From: Eledone cirrhosa
Lineage: Eukaryota
DNA: 64,000 nt
NCBI GenBank assembly: GCA_964016885.1
Contig: OZ024742.1
Coordinates: forward strand, 113,460,001-113,524,000
Reading direction: 5' to 3'
Shown in pieces: positions 49,621 to 62,759 of the stretch. The translations under genes were made by a program, and so were the position numbers. The notes below the pieces were generated by a model. It saw only the letters and a list, made by a program, of their open reading frames with translations. It made no database searches and had not been told where the DNA came from. Every line of letters begins with the position of its first letter. Position 1 is the stretch's first letter.

Positions 49621-50345
49621 TTATGTATGCATGTATGTATGTATATATATATGTGTGCTTGTATGTATGTATAAAAAATAAATAAATTCGTAAATTTCTC
49701 CTCGAATAATATGGCTTCTGGTCATGAGGTTTTGTAACCTTTAGATATATAAATGAAATACACAAATATTTTTTCATATATAGTAACAAACAAATTAGAA
49801 AATATTTATAGATATTAAAGAAGGGGAGGAGGATGTTTATTTAAATGTTCTATAAACTAAATAATTGATGAATCATACGACAGATGAACTTGTCTTCTAT
49901 TTTCAATAAAGTAACCACATATAGTGTTTGTTTGTGTTATTTTTCTTTTTAACATTGTACTAAACTTATAGAAAGGGCTATAAGCCTGTTGAATTCCAGA
50001 ATTATTCCTTTGGGGTGATTTATAAATATTTTTTTAAAGAAGCTGGAACTATGTTTTATCTCGCTACAAAAATCGATTCAATATATACATTTTCTGTACA
50101 CACTCGTATTGGAGCAGAATTTACGTACATATAAAAAAAGGAGAGGCACACTTAATTTTATAATGTATGTTTCTATGTTTGTTTATATTCCAGATTAAAT
50201 ATATAATTTATTTCATGATTTTTTAATACGTATATAATACTGAAAATACTTGTTCTCACGCATGCTTAGATCGAGCTGGCGAAAAATCATAAAGTAGCGA
50301 AAATGACTAAGATCTCATGTCTATGTAGGTACACACGCACACATG

Positions 50346-50449
<104 letters not shown>

Positions 50450-51129
50450 TTGTGTGTATGAGTATGTATGCATATATATGTATGTGTATGTGTGTGTGTG
50501 TGTGTTTGTGTATAGAACAATTAAAACAAGACACGAGTCAGAGGATAGTGTAGTTAATTATTTCATTGTTTCAGAGTCGTGTCAGATGATCGATTGATCG
50601 TAGAACATTATGTATGGACAATCATACTATTGGCTATGTTTCTACTTATTTCTAGTCTGGAAATTCCTGTTCGATCGACCGTCATCTTCAGAAAAAATAT
50701 CTGTATATTGACAACACCAGCAACACTACCGGCAGCAGCACAGCCACTGCGTTTGTACAAATACGTATAGTAATATCGATAATGTTAATAATAAACATAA
50801 TGATGTTTACTATAGGCAAAAACCCAGTAAATCTTTGATGAGGGGAACGTCGATTAAAGGAACCTAGTGCATGACATGTAATTTATTTTATCGACCTATT
50901 CCCCTTAAGGATGAAATATTTGTGGACTCCAAATAATTTTGTCCCCGTTTGTATTGTGCTCATATATATTTATGATGCACCTCTTATCATCCATCGTAAC
51001 GCCAATTTTCCTGGAAATAAAAGATGTTAAAATGTTTAAATATTACATAACAATTTATTTAGCCTATCAAAATACAAAAATTAATAAAGAAAATAATAGA
51101 AAAAAATATTCTACGAAAATGAGAAAGCA

Positions 51130-51920
51130 TTTACAGAACTTCGGTGCGTACTATAATTTTAACTTTATCTTTGGAGAATATGTAAACAGTTTATGGTGTC
51201 TTCCTAGTCAGGAATAGCCTACATACATTTGACCATGTGAAAAACAGCTCTCGTCTAGATGAAGACCGAAAACCTGAAGGGTTTGAACATGGGACTTGTT
51301 AATGGCCATTGCAGAACCGACTCTAACTGTGAATTGCAAATGTTTTAATTAAAAAGGGCCATATGTTGATATTTGAGGTATTCTAGATATAATTACGAGG
51401 TCTCCCATTCCACAAATGGCGTACATTTCAGCTTCAGTAGAGTGTGGCTGTACCTCAGCCACAACTATAGGCGTACCATTGGACAATGATGACAGTTCCA
51501 GGTTTCTGTGAAACATTATGATTGTGCCCTGCTTTAAATCGGGTTAGTGTCGCAGGGTACCATACGGTTATAGACTGTTGCGAAATATTGATGTTTCGGG
51601 CGTCATAAATTGCTTTTTCACACATCCTCTCCTCGGTAGCATAGTGGATTTCGAAAATGGGGAAACTTGAATAATTAAGTTTATACCACTTTGCACAACA
51701 GTATAAAATGGGTTAAAACATCCGCGAGTAACATTGTGTTGCTTTTCTATAAATCTGAATGTTTGACAGGTGGTTGACTATAATTCCAGGGTGCCAATCA
51801 CTCCCTGCCACCGTTTTGGGTTCCTCCTTCCTCGGTATTTCCTTTTCGTAAAAGCGTGAGTGTGAGCATGTTTGAGGTCACATTATTTGAAGTTGCACGA
51901 ACAATCATATGATAACATTT
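51130..51920 (-). mobile_element. Decayed mariner-like transposon
   Basis: AEVQPHST..MG and KYQHMAL..N remnants resemble DNARPH / YSPDLAPSD spacing. Confidence 0.4.
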
Positions 51921-52539
51921 CAAAAGGGTAAAAGGTGCTTATCTGTAACATATAGGTTCACCCATCCAACACGGCTTCGTTTTCTGAAAAAAGCAATCGT
52001 TGCCGAGTAAGTCTTAACAAAAAAGTTGACTCCGTAATTATAGTGACATTCTTTCTTTAGGTCTGTTTTGCGTTGTTGGACATACAGAAACACACACTCA
52101 TATAGAAATAGACACATTAACTTTTCCTTAGTTTTAGAGGGGGTGGGGTGGATTGAAGGAGAGCTGGGATGATGTTTTACTCTGTCAATATAGAATGATG
52201 GATTAACATATATTATCAGCATGCTGGAACTAAATTATTCCCATCTCACCTCCACCTATACAGTTTTCAGAAAATACAAGGAGCTTGTTGGATGTCAAAT
52301 TAGTCGAAAAATACGAAAACCATTATTTATTGTTAATGTTATTTAGTGTTATTAGCGGTCAATTTACAAACAAACTTCTGTTTTGTAAATATATATATAT
52401 ATAAATTAATAAAAACATTGAAATAAAAACAAAGAACAAGATCCTTATATTAAAGAATTCATCATTTTACCATTGTTTCTAGGATGTAAATGTTTGTTGG
52501 TATGTGTATCATATAGATCTATATATATATACAAACGTG

Positions 52540-53076
52540 TTGTGTGTGAATGTGAGTGTGTGTATGTGTGTGTGTATGTGTGTGTGTTTGTGTATGTCTG
52601 TGTGTGTCTGCGAGTGTGTGGATGTGTCTGTGTATGTGTCTATGTGTGTGTGTTTGTACATACAATAATTAAATTTATATACATATGGTACTCAGCAAAC
52701 AAAAAAACTCAATGAACATTAATCTCAGTGCATAATATATAGAAATTTACACGATATATATGTTTTCTTGTATCTCTAGTTGATATACAGAAATAATAGA
52801 TTTAATTTCTTAAAGAAAGTGTCATGTCAAAATTGCCTAATGTTCACTTATACGGTCGTTTCGTTAATTCCATAACATGATGAGTAAAACCATTTTTGGT
52901 GATTAGGTTCAATCCCCAATTATCGAGCTTAGTATGAAGCAGCATGAAGAATATGGAAACGTGATTAATGTCATATCTATATACATCTCACTCTACACAT
53001 TAACTAATTACCTACATGCAATGCGTTCAAATTAAGCCGCATTGAGCCCAACCATTTAAATCGGTTGTTGGCATGA

Positions 53077-53137
<61 letters not shown>

Positions 53138-53147
53138 GGGGGGGGGC

Positions 53148-53190
<43 letters not shown>

Positions 53191-53625
53191 CACCCACACT
53201 TTTCCATATTCTTCATGCTGCTACATACAAAGATCGATAATTGGGGATTGACCCCAATCACTAAAAATGGTTTTAGGCATCATGTTCTGTAATTAAGGAA
53301 ACGACCGTATAAGTGAACATTGGGCAATTTTGACATGACACTTTCTTTAAGAAACTAAATCTATTATTTTTGTATATCAACTAGAGATACAAGAAAAAAT
53401 ATATATCGTGTAAATTTCTATATATTATGCACTGAGATTAATGTTCACTGAGTTTTTCTTTGCTGAGTAACATATGTATATACATTTTATTATTGTATAC
53501 ACACACACCCACACACACACATAGACACATACATAGACACAGACAGAAACACATCCACACACACACATATACACACAGGCATACTCAGACACACACAAAC
53601 ACACACACATACACTCACACACATA
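52540..53625. repeat. Long inverted repeat with (TG)/(CA) outer arms
   Basis: Unique arms ~52655-52962 and ~53197-53500 are reverse complements (e.g. GTGTCATGTCAAAATTGCC / GGCAATTTTGACATGACAC); ~230-bp spacer. Confidence 0.9.
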
Positions 53626-53660
53626 TGTATATATATATATATATGTATATATATATTATA

Positions 53661-53761
<101 letters not shown>

Positions 53762-53772
53762 CTATATATATG

Positions 53773-53914
<142 letters not shown>

Positions 53915-54104
53915 ATATAATTTAATATAATTTTGAGTTTTCACTCAGGAGTCAAATACTGAATTAAGGTATTTTTATCTGGCTAAATTATTGTCAATTT
54001 GCAATAAAAACACATTAGTGTTGATCATAATTTTATATTAATTTGTACTATATATATATATGCGTGTGTGTGTGTATATATATATTTAATATATATATTT
54101 AAAT

Positions 54105-55105
54105 GGGAAAGAATGAAACGAAATTTCATTCCTCACTCTTAGTACAGCTGATACTTAAATACAAGTATCTATCCGTACATACATATATGTATACAGACGT
54201 ACACTACTATGTATATATATATACATACATGCACACATATATACATATATATGTACGTATGTGTTAACCGAACATTTATTATAATGTTTGGTTTGTTTCT
54301 AAACAAACAGCCGGAATTAAGCCGTATCTGTTCGGCAACCATCGTTGCCCTTTTGTTCGACACTGACAAATGAACGATGACGTAGTTTCAAGTTTATTAG
54401 CTATCGTCACCATCGTATACCTTCCTGTCAGATAATTGAACTTTTGAAAGTATAGACTTTCCTTTTGCATATTAACGGCTGAGCAGCCAAATTTGTATAT
54501 CGAGTGAGTTAGACGGCCGGGCGTACGGTAAACGATAAATGGATAAGAATGAACGAAATTTCATTTCTCAATCTTAGTGCGGCTGATACTTAAATATAAG
54601 TATGTATACGTACATACATATATTTATACAGACGTACAATAGTATGTATATATATACATACATGCACACACACATATATATATATATATATACGTATGGG
54701 TTTACCGAACATCTATTATAATTGTCGGTTGGTTTGTAAACAAACAGCCCGAATTAAGCCGTACAGTGTTCGTAAACAATCGTTGCTCTTTTGTTCAACA
54801 CTGACAAAGGACCGATAAACTAGTTTCAAGCTTAGTAGCTATCCTCAGCATCGCATACCTTCCTGTCAGATGATTGAGCGTTTGAAAGTATATACTTTCC
54901 TTGTGCATATAAACGGCTGAGCAGCCTATTTTGCATATCTATTGAATTAGTCGGCCGGGCGCAGCGAAAACGATAAAAGGAAAACAATGAAACGAAATTT
55001 CATTTCTCAATATTAGTACGGCTGATACTTAAATATAAGTATGCATACGTACATACATATATGTATACAGACGTACATTAATATGTAAGTGTATATACAT
55101 ACATT

Positions 55106-55204
<99 letters not shown>

Positions 55205-55880
55205 GTAAGGTTTTACCGAACGATTATTATAATGTTCGGTTTGTTTGTAAACAAACAGGCCGAAATAAGTCGTACGGTGTTCGGCAACCATCGTTGTTCT
55301 TTTGTTCAACACTGACAAAGCGACGATGAACTAGCTTCAAGCTTATTAGCTATCGTCAGCATTGTATACCTTCCTGTTAAATGATTGAACGTTTGAATGT
55401 ATATACTTTCCTTATGCATATTAACGGCTGAGCAGCCTAATATTCGTACATATATATATGTGTGCATGTATGTATATATACACATACTACTGTACGTCTG
55501 TATACATATATGTATGTACGTATATATACATATATTTAAGTATCAGCCGTACTAAGAGTGAAAAATGAAATTTCGTTTCATTCCTCTCCATTTATCATTT
55601 TTGGATCGCCCGGCCGACTAACTCACTCGATATGCAAATTAGGCAGCTCAGGCATTATCATGCACAAGGAAAGTATGTACTTTCAATCGTTCAATCATCC
55701 GACAGGAAAGTATACGATGCTGACGATAGCTAATAAGCTTGAATCTAATTCATCGTTCCTTTGTCTGTGTTAAACTAAAGGGAAACGATGGTTGCCAAAC
55801 ACTGTCCGGCTTAGTTCGGGCTGTTTGTTTACAAAAATAACGAACATTATAATAAATGTTTGGTAAACCCACACGTATAT
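54105..55880. mobile_element. Retrozyme-like array (family D): three tandem ~437-bp units plus one inverted unit, one hammerhead per unit
   Basis: Units start at ~54105, 54541 and 54979; inverted unit 55445-55875. HHR motifs at 54375-54415, 54813-54853, 55324-55364 (minus) and 55715-55755 (plus). Confidence 0.9.
54813..54853 (-). ncRNA. Minimal Type I hammerhead, the intact copy of the array
   Basis: cgatg-CTGAGGA-t agct acta agct t-GAAA-CTAG-TT-tatcg. Confidence 0.85.
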
Positions 55881-55938
55881 ATATATATATATATGCATGT
55901 ATGTATATATATACATACATGCGTACATATATATATAC

Positions 55939-55999
<61 letters not shown>

Positions 56000-56002
<3 letters not shown>

Positions 56003-56743
56003 TGCTAGGGAAAGGATCAGGGGTGTATAACACTCCACTTATCCAGCAGGCAGTATGAGGTTAGCTCAATGTCTGAGGACAGAGCCGTAATATAATAAAT
56101 AAATAACAAAGAACGCTTATAGCATATGCATATCTTTACTTGCTAACATTGTTTCATCCGCACTATAAGTGGGACTCATCAGAGCATAAAGGTTAATTAC
56201 ATACCATACAAGCAATAACAAATCCAAGACATTGAAGAATGAAAGGTAATAATAGACGATAGAGGATAAAAATAAAAATAAAAGTAAAAATAAAAATAAA
56301 AATAAAAATAAGGGGTGCTATCAGTCACAGTTGGGCGGGGTGCTGTCAACATATAGTTACATACAAGCATACACATGGATAAGAGAACAGACAAGAGTAG
56401 ACACATGGATAAGAGAACAGACAAGAGTAGATAAGATAATGGGATTAGGTAAGAGTAGGTAAAAAATAGGTAAAAAATAGGTGAAAAACAGACTTATAAT
56501 ATATATAAAAAGAAATACAAAGAAATACATAACAAACTTACATATAAAATATAAAATATAGGGTAAGGAATGAGATAAAATAATATAAAATTAAAAATTA
56601 AAAATTATATACATAGAACATAATATAGTATAATCGTAAAATAAGATAAAATAAGGTAAACTAAAATCAAATAACATAGACTAAATTAAAATAATATAAT
56701 ATAAGATATAATTAAATGTATAATTAAATGTAATTAAATGTAA

Positions 56744-56775
<32 letters not shown>

Positions 56776-57120
56776 AAATTAAATAAATAAATAAAATTTA
56801 AATTTAAATTTTAAAATTTTAAAATTAAAATTAAAATTTAAATTTAAATAAATAAATAAATAAATAAATGGAGTCAAGTAAGTAAATAAATAAAATTAGA
56901 TAACATGAAATGAAATAAAATAAAATGAAATAAAGTAAATTGAGATAAGATATATATTTTTTTAGAATATATCTCTTGAATATATCAGGGGCCCACGAAG
57001 GCACTAAATGTCACAGTTATGTGTATCACTTGACCAATTTTTTAAAATATATTTCTTGAAAACATCAGGGGCCCACGAAGGCACTAAGTGTCACAGTCAC
57101 CAGTATCACTTGACCATTGC
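56000..57120 (-). mobile_element. Non-coding PLE-tail-like element with hammerhead, AT-rich repeats and a 70-bp direct repeat
   Basis: Abuts (TA)n at 55999; HHR at 56141-56186; duplicated GGGGCCCACGAAGGCACTAA unit at ~56968-57037 and ~57047-57116. Confidence 0.5.
56141..56186 (-). ncRNA. Type I hammerhead ribozyme
   Basis: tgct-CTGATGA-gtcc cact tat agtg c ggat-GAAA-caatg-TT-agca. Confidence 0.85.
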
Positions 57121-57990
57121 AAGGCAATGGAGGCGTCCCAGGTTGGGCAGTCTCGAAAGTTCACTCGAAAGTAATATTTTGGTTTTATATATTTTGGAGT
57201 TGAGAAAAAAATTATAAATCTTATGTTGAGATTTCATTCTATTTGCATATCAACATTTTCTTCGGTTTCGCAACATTCGCATGTGCACTCGTTGATCTAC
57301 ACCTTAAAACAACACGCATCCTCTTGGCGAATGTGACACGCAGCAGCAACACCACAACCAGAAAATCATTTTAAAGAGTAACAATTTAAAAAGAAAACAC
57401 TACGGCCACCGGCAACGCCACCAACAAGTACAGTCACAGACACGGTTATGGCTGGAAGAGGAACAAGTAACAGAGAAAGCAACAAAAACGATAAGAACAT
57501 CACCCTGGGTCAGCAGGACGTCTTTAACCGTGGTATTTTTCCATCCAGATAAGATCGCTTATCTTGACTTAGTTTTCTGCATATTATATATTCGCGGACT
57601 ATCTCTATTGAGACGAATTACTTGATGCATATTCATAAGCGAATATTACGTCTTTATACATTCGATCCTTCTCCATTTTGTTATAGTGGTTTCTGAACTT
57701 GGAGGGCACAAGTGTGGTAATTCCCTGTCCAAGGTCCGTATTAGGAGAATACTTTCTTTTGTGTCAGAATGCTGCCCCCATCATGTGAGAGGCGGCTAAT
57801 TAACAATCAGACAAGCGATTTAGTGTACCGTTTTCAAATGTGCTTTCCTTATCAAGCATATTTTCATTCTGAGTGGTTTCAGAAGTGATCCAAAGTGTTT
57901 CAGGTTTGTGGATATAATTGGTCTTTGATAGGGCCTGAGCACTCCTAGTGACCAATGAAGAAACAATTATTATTATTATTATTATTATTA

Positions 57991-60900
57991 CAGTTACATC
58001 TATCTTGCTTTATGTTCATACGAGTTATCACCAAGTCACAACCAGTGACCTCAAGAGACAACAAGGTCCGCCATATTCAAGAAAGGACATACATACTCAC
58101 ACATGCGTCTTTAGTGTTTAGACTTGTGATGTACTTATATTGACAGAATCTTACTTAATATATGGACAGTTCCCATTAGTACTATCTTTTGTATTTCTCC
58201 TATACGCGGGTTTCCTGGGATTTACGATAAGTAATCATTAGACCCCTTCGGTATCATTCCTAGAGCACCTACAACCACTGGTATTGTTTTAGTTCTCAAT
58301 TTCCACATTTTTCCAATTTCTATCTCCAGGTCCTTATACTTGCTCAATTTTGCAAATGTTTTTATAGAAACATTCTTGTCTATTGGAACGGACATATCAA
58401 TTAGCAGGCATACCCTCTTTTTAAAGTCCTTCTATATTATATCAGGTCTATTTGCATCTATTTTTCGGTCTGTTTGGATGCTAAAGTTCCACAAGATTGA
58501 GATGTGGTCTTTTTCAAGTATGGGAGGTGGTTGATGCTCCCACCAATTATTTTGATGGGCCAGGTCAAAATGCTTACACATTATCCAATGTATGTATTGT
58601 GCAGCTCTGTCATGTATGTTTAGGTATTCGGTTGGATCTATAGGACTGCACATTGAAATTATATGGTCAATGGTCTCTGGTTGTTTTTTGCATACACCGC
58701 ATAATGGGCTGCATCCATTTTTTATTATGTTGGCTTGGTAATATTTGGTTGGCAGACATTGATCTTGTGCTGATATAATCAGTCCTTCAGTCTCCGATTT
58801 CAGTCCAGAGGATGCCAACCACTGATGGGTTAAAGTTTTGTCAACATCAGGATTGTTATCTCGCTCTAGGTATTTTCCATACAGAGGCTTTTCTTGCCAT
58901 TTCTTAGCCAGTTTCTGTAGCAGTTCTTTCTTTGCAGTTACTTTTACCTGCTTTGCTTTTTCTGTGTTTTCCATTTCAGCAGTAAATGGGAATTCTGAAA
59001 TGTGTAGTCCATTACTGTATCTTTGTGCATCTTTTGTAATGGAATATGATCTTTTGATGCTTTCGTGTTTCAAAACGAGTTTGATCATCCAATCATGTGA
59101 TTCCCTTAGATATGTAGATAATCCAATTGTTGCAGTTTTCAACGCAATGTCTAACTGGATTAACCCACGTCCTCCTTCTTTCCTAGGGAGATATATTCTG
59201 TCTATATCTGCATTAGGGCGATGCATTCTGTGCATTTTCAAATTTTTGTATCGAGCCTACGGATCTCTGTGCTTGACCAGTTGATGACATTGTAACTGTA
59301 GGTTACTACTGGTATGGCAAGCGTGTTTATGGCATCGATCCTATTCCTTGCATTCAATTCCGTTCTTAAGATTGCTCTTACTCTGCGGTAACATTCCTTC
59401 CTTATCCTTTCCCTCATTGTCGAGTGCTTGATTCCCTCTCCTTCACAAACACCTAGATATTTGTAAGTTTTTTCTTGATCAAGTTCTCTTATCACGTTCC
59501 CCCGATCAAGATTAATGTCTGAACCCTTCTGCAGCTTTCCTCTGGTGAACGTTGCTTTGGCGCATTTATCTAGTCCAAACTCCATTTTAATGTCATCACT
59601 GAACTGCTCCACAGTGGATAATAGCCCTTGCAATTGTTCATCATTTTTTGCAAATAGTTTCAGGTCATCCATGTAGAACAGGTGATTAATGGTTTTGTCA
59701 TAGACTTTATATGTTTTGTTTCATTGAGCATTTTACTTAAGTGTATAAGTGCGATGCAGAATAAAAGCGGTGATAAAGAGTCACCCTGAAAGATTCCACA
59801 ATTAATATTAACTTCTCCAGCTTCCAGTGATTTTGTTTCACTACTCAAAAGGAGTGTCGTTTTCCATGTCTTCATACTGAATGACAAAAACCTCCTGACA
59901 AAGGGGGAAACTTTGAAAATCTCTAAACATTTTTCAATCCAACTGTGTGGCAAACTATCGAATGCTTTTTTATAATCTATCCAAGCAATCGATAGATGTT
60001 GTGTCTATTATGACAATCTTCCAGTATCATTTTGTTAACCAGAAGCTGATCCTTACAGCCATATGAGCCTCGCTTACACCCTTTCTGCTCAATGGGAAAT
60101 AGGTCATTTGATATCAGGTGGTCATATGTGTATTCAGTTAGGACTGATGTTAAAATTTTATACATTGTGGTCAAGCAAGTTATCGGTCTGTAATTTTTGG
60201 GATTGTTTGTCTCATCATTCTTCGCAAGCAGGAATGTAATGCCGTTAACTAGCCATGATGGTATCTTTTCTGGCTCCTTAACTATTTCATTGTAAATTTG
60301 GGCTAACAGCTCATGAGACTCTGTGAAGGCATTTATCCAAACATTTTGTATTTTGTCTTTTCCTAGGGTTTTCCATTTGCTGGTTTTTCTTAGAGCCAAA
60401 CGCAACTGTTAAACTGTTATATTTTTCCATATTTGTTCCTCAAGGTGAGCTGTATCTTTCATTTGTCTGTCTGTCCATGGGGCATGTATGTTATGAACTT
60501 TTTCTTCGGCCCAGTTCTTTTTCCAGAATTTTTGCACTTCCTCCTCCGGTGTTATTGATTTAACAGTTATTGTTGACTTACCAATTTTTCTGTAGAAGTT
60601 TCTTTGGTTGTTTTTGAACATATTATTGTCCTTATAGAATCTAGATCGTTTATCAAAGCGCCTTATACGAGCAGCTTTGGCCGACACTTTTTGCTTGATT
60701 ATTTCTATCAGCATGTCTATGTCACATGTTGATTGTATACTGTACTTTTTTTCAATTTTCTAAGTTTAGTTTGTTTAACATGTTCACCTACTTTATAGTT
60801 TGTTAAAATTTCTATGTCAGATCGGAGAAGGTTTATTTGGCGATTGATGTTCTCTTGCCAAGTAGATTTCTTGTGGGAATTCCTCTGTTTTTTCATCTTC

Positions 60901-61965
60901 ACTCCACATAAGTGAGTGGTGACTTTAGCCGATGCATAATAGAGATGATTTAAATCAGTAATGTTTAGTTTGTTTGTGATGATAATGTTTTTGAGAATTA
61001 TGTCAGTCTTGTGTATTATCTTTTGGTTCTGTCTGGAGTTCTGGATCTTAGGGAGGGTGTCTTGTTGCCCCATGTCAGATTCTTTCATTTTCATCCACTC
61101 GATCATAATTTGATCCTTAAAGTTGGCAAGTTCATTCTCATTCATTTCTTTATCATTTACGATCTGATTATTTTCATTTGGAGTTTCATCCTGAGCATGC
61201 ACTCCCTGCACTTTTTCGATCCTTTCTTTAATTTGTTCTGTTGCCAGTGATTCCGCCCCAACCCTGGGGTTCGAAGTGTTACAGTTTACCTCGTTTTCAC
61301 TGACACATATTTCATTTTCCCTTCTCTGACTTTGTGCTAATAGCTTGATCTGATCAATTTCTATATCAGTTAGTAACTTTTTTCTTACAATATTTCTTCG
61401 TATATTGGCTAGTTTGTTACTGTCAATATAGCCTCTGTTTTCGGGATGTTTCTTTTTCCAGTTGATATATGTCTGTTCTGTATTCGATGTATTTGATGGG
61501 TAGTATATGGCAGTGTAGAAAGCCTCATGGACTTCTTTATTATCTTCCCTTGACCATTTTTTCTCTCTTTTTCTTTGGATTTCTTGGTGGTGAGCATGGA
61601 GGGCCAACAGTAGGAGTATTACGATTATGGGAGGTCTCCAGCTCCGAAGTGATGGGAAGGTTTGAACCATTAGCTGATTTTTCGACCCCAGTCTGGTTCC
61701 TCTCTGAGGGACGCGGCCCTTTTTTACCCGGGTGACGGCCGATCCGGTATGAGATTTTATCATTAGACATTTACTTTATTTTGTCGCGTTTTATCCTTAT
61801 GCGCCAAGGGGTAATCATTTCGTGTTACCACTTCTAGAACGAGTGTCAACCAAGACTAGAGGGGCCGTTCTCCCCTAGAGACACGGCTATTCCCCGCCGG
61901 CCGCCATCCCGGTATTTCTTGGTCACGGGGTTTTCTTTTTGTTGTTTTTTTTTTAAATTGTTATT
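57991..61965 (-). mobile_element. Near-full-length R4/Dong-like non-LTR retrotransposon (RT + CCHC + restriction-like endonuclease), frameshifted
   Basis: NYRPITCL, EQKGC, GIFQGDSLSPLLF, YMDDLKLF, YKYLG, CGVC..ETIDHIISMC, HDR, NRPDII, C-terminal IQKIVLMGTVHIL; 3' end abuts (TAA)n at 57967-57990. Confidence 0.92.
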
Positions 61966-62759
61966 ATCATGTGAGCATTGCGTGGCTTAAGAATGAAATT
62001 ATTAATAATTATCTCCACTCCAGGCACAAGTCCAGCAATAACCCAGTGCATTACAATAATACAATATACTTTTTTGCTGTAGTTGCCTGTTATTTTTGTT
62101 GGCTATGTCGGTGGTGGTGCCGGGGCTTTTTATATTGTTGGTGAGGAAGGGGTGAGCCAGCATTTCCATAGTTGTTGATGTTGACGTTTGGCCGGTGGCC
62201 AGGTCACTAAGTCAATCTATTTATATCTTTTGCTAGCCTCTCCCTTGTCTAGTGATACCGCCACCTTCCCCTTTCTCTCTCAAGTTAACAGGGGAATAGT
62301 GTTGGTAGCAATGAAGGAGTGGTGGCGGCGGCGATGGGATAGTGGTATCAAGATGATGGATGGGGTGGTTGCGGCGGTGGCGTTGTGCTTACTGGGTTTT
62401 GTGATATGTAGTATCTATGAGTTTGTGTTCGTATGTTTAATATATATTGTGTTGACATATTCCCGTAAAATTGGGATTAAACATTTTGTTAAAATTTGAG
62501 ACAATAATAATAGTAATTATTATTATCATTCCGGGATTGATGGTGGTGGTGGTGAAATTGCCGTTATCTGGCTGTTATATTTAGTGTGATGGGATAGGTG
62601 ATGTATCAACTTTCTGGCGTTGGTGAAATTGCTGTTATGTGGCTGTTCTATATAGTGTAGAAAGAGGGTGTTTTCTTCCATTCATAACCATTTTCTTTTT
62701 TTGAATACAAAATATATAATATAAAATTGAATATTTGAGCGATATAACAATATAATATG

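Noticed and set aside
50578-50620. CAGATGA-tcgattgatcgt-AGAA-cattatg-TA motif
   Set aside because: Two or more core substitutions and unclear stem I.
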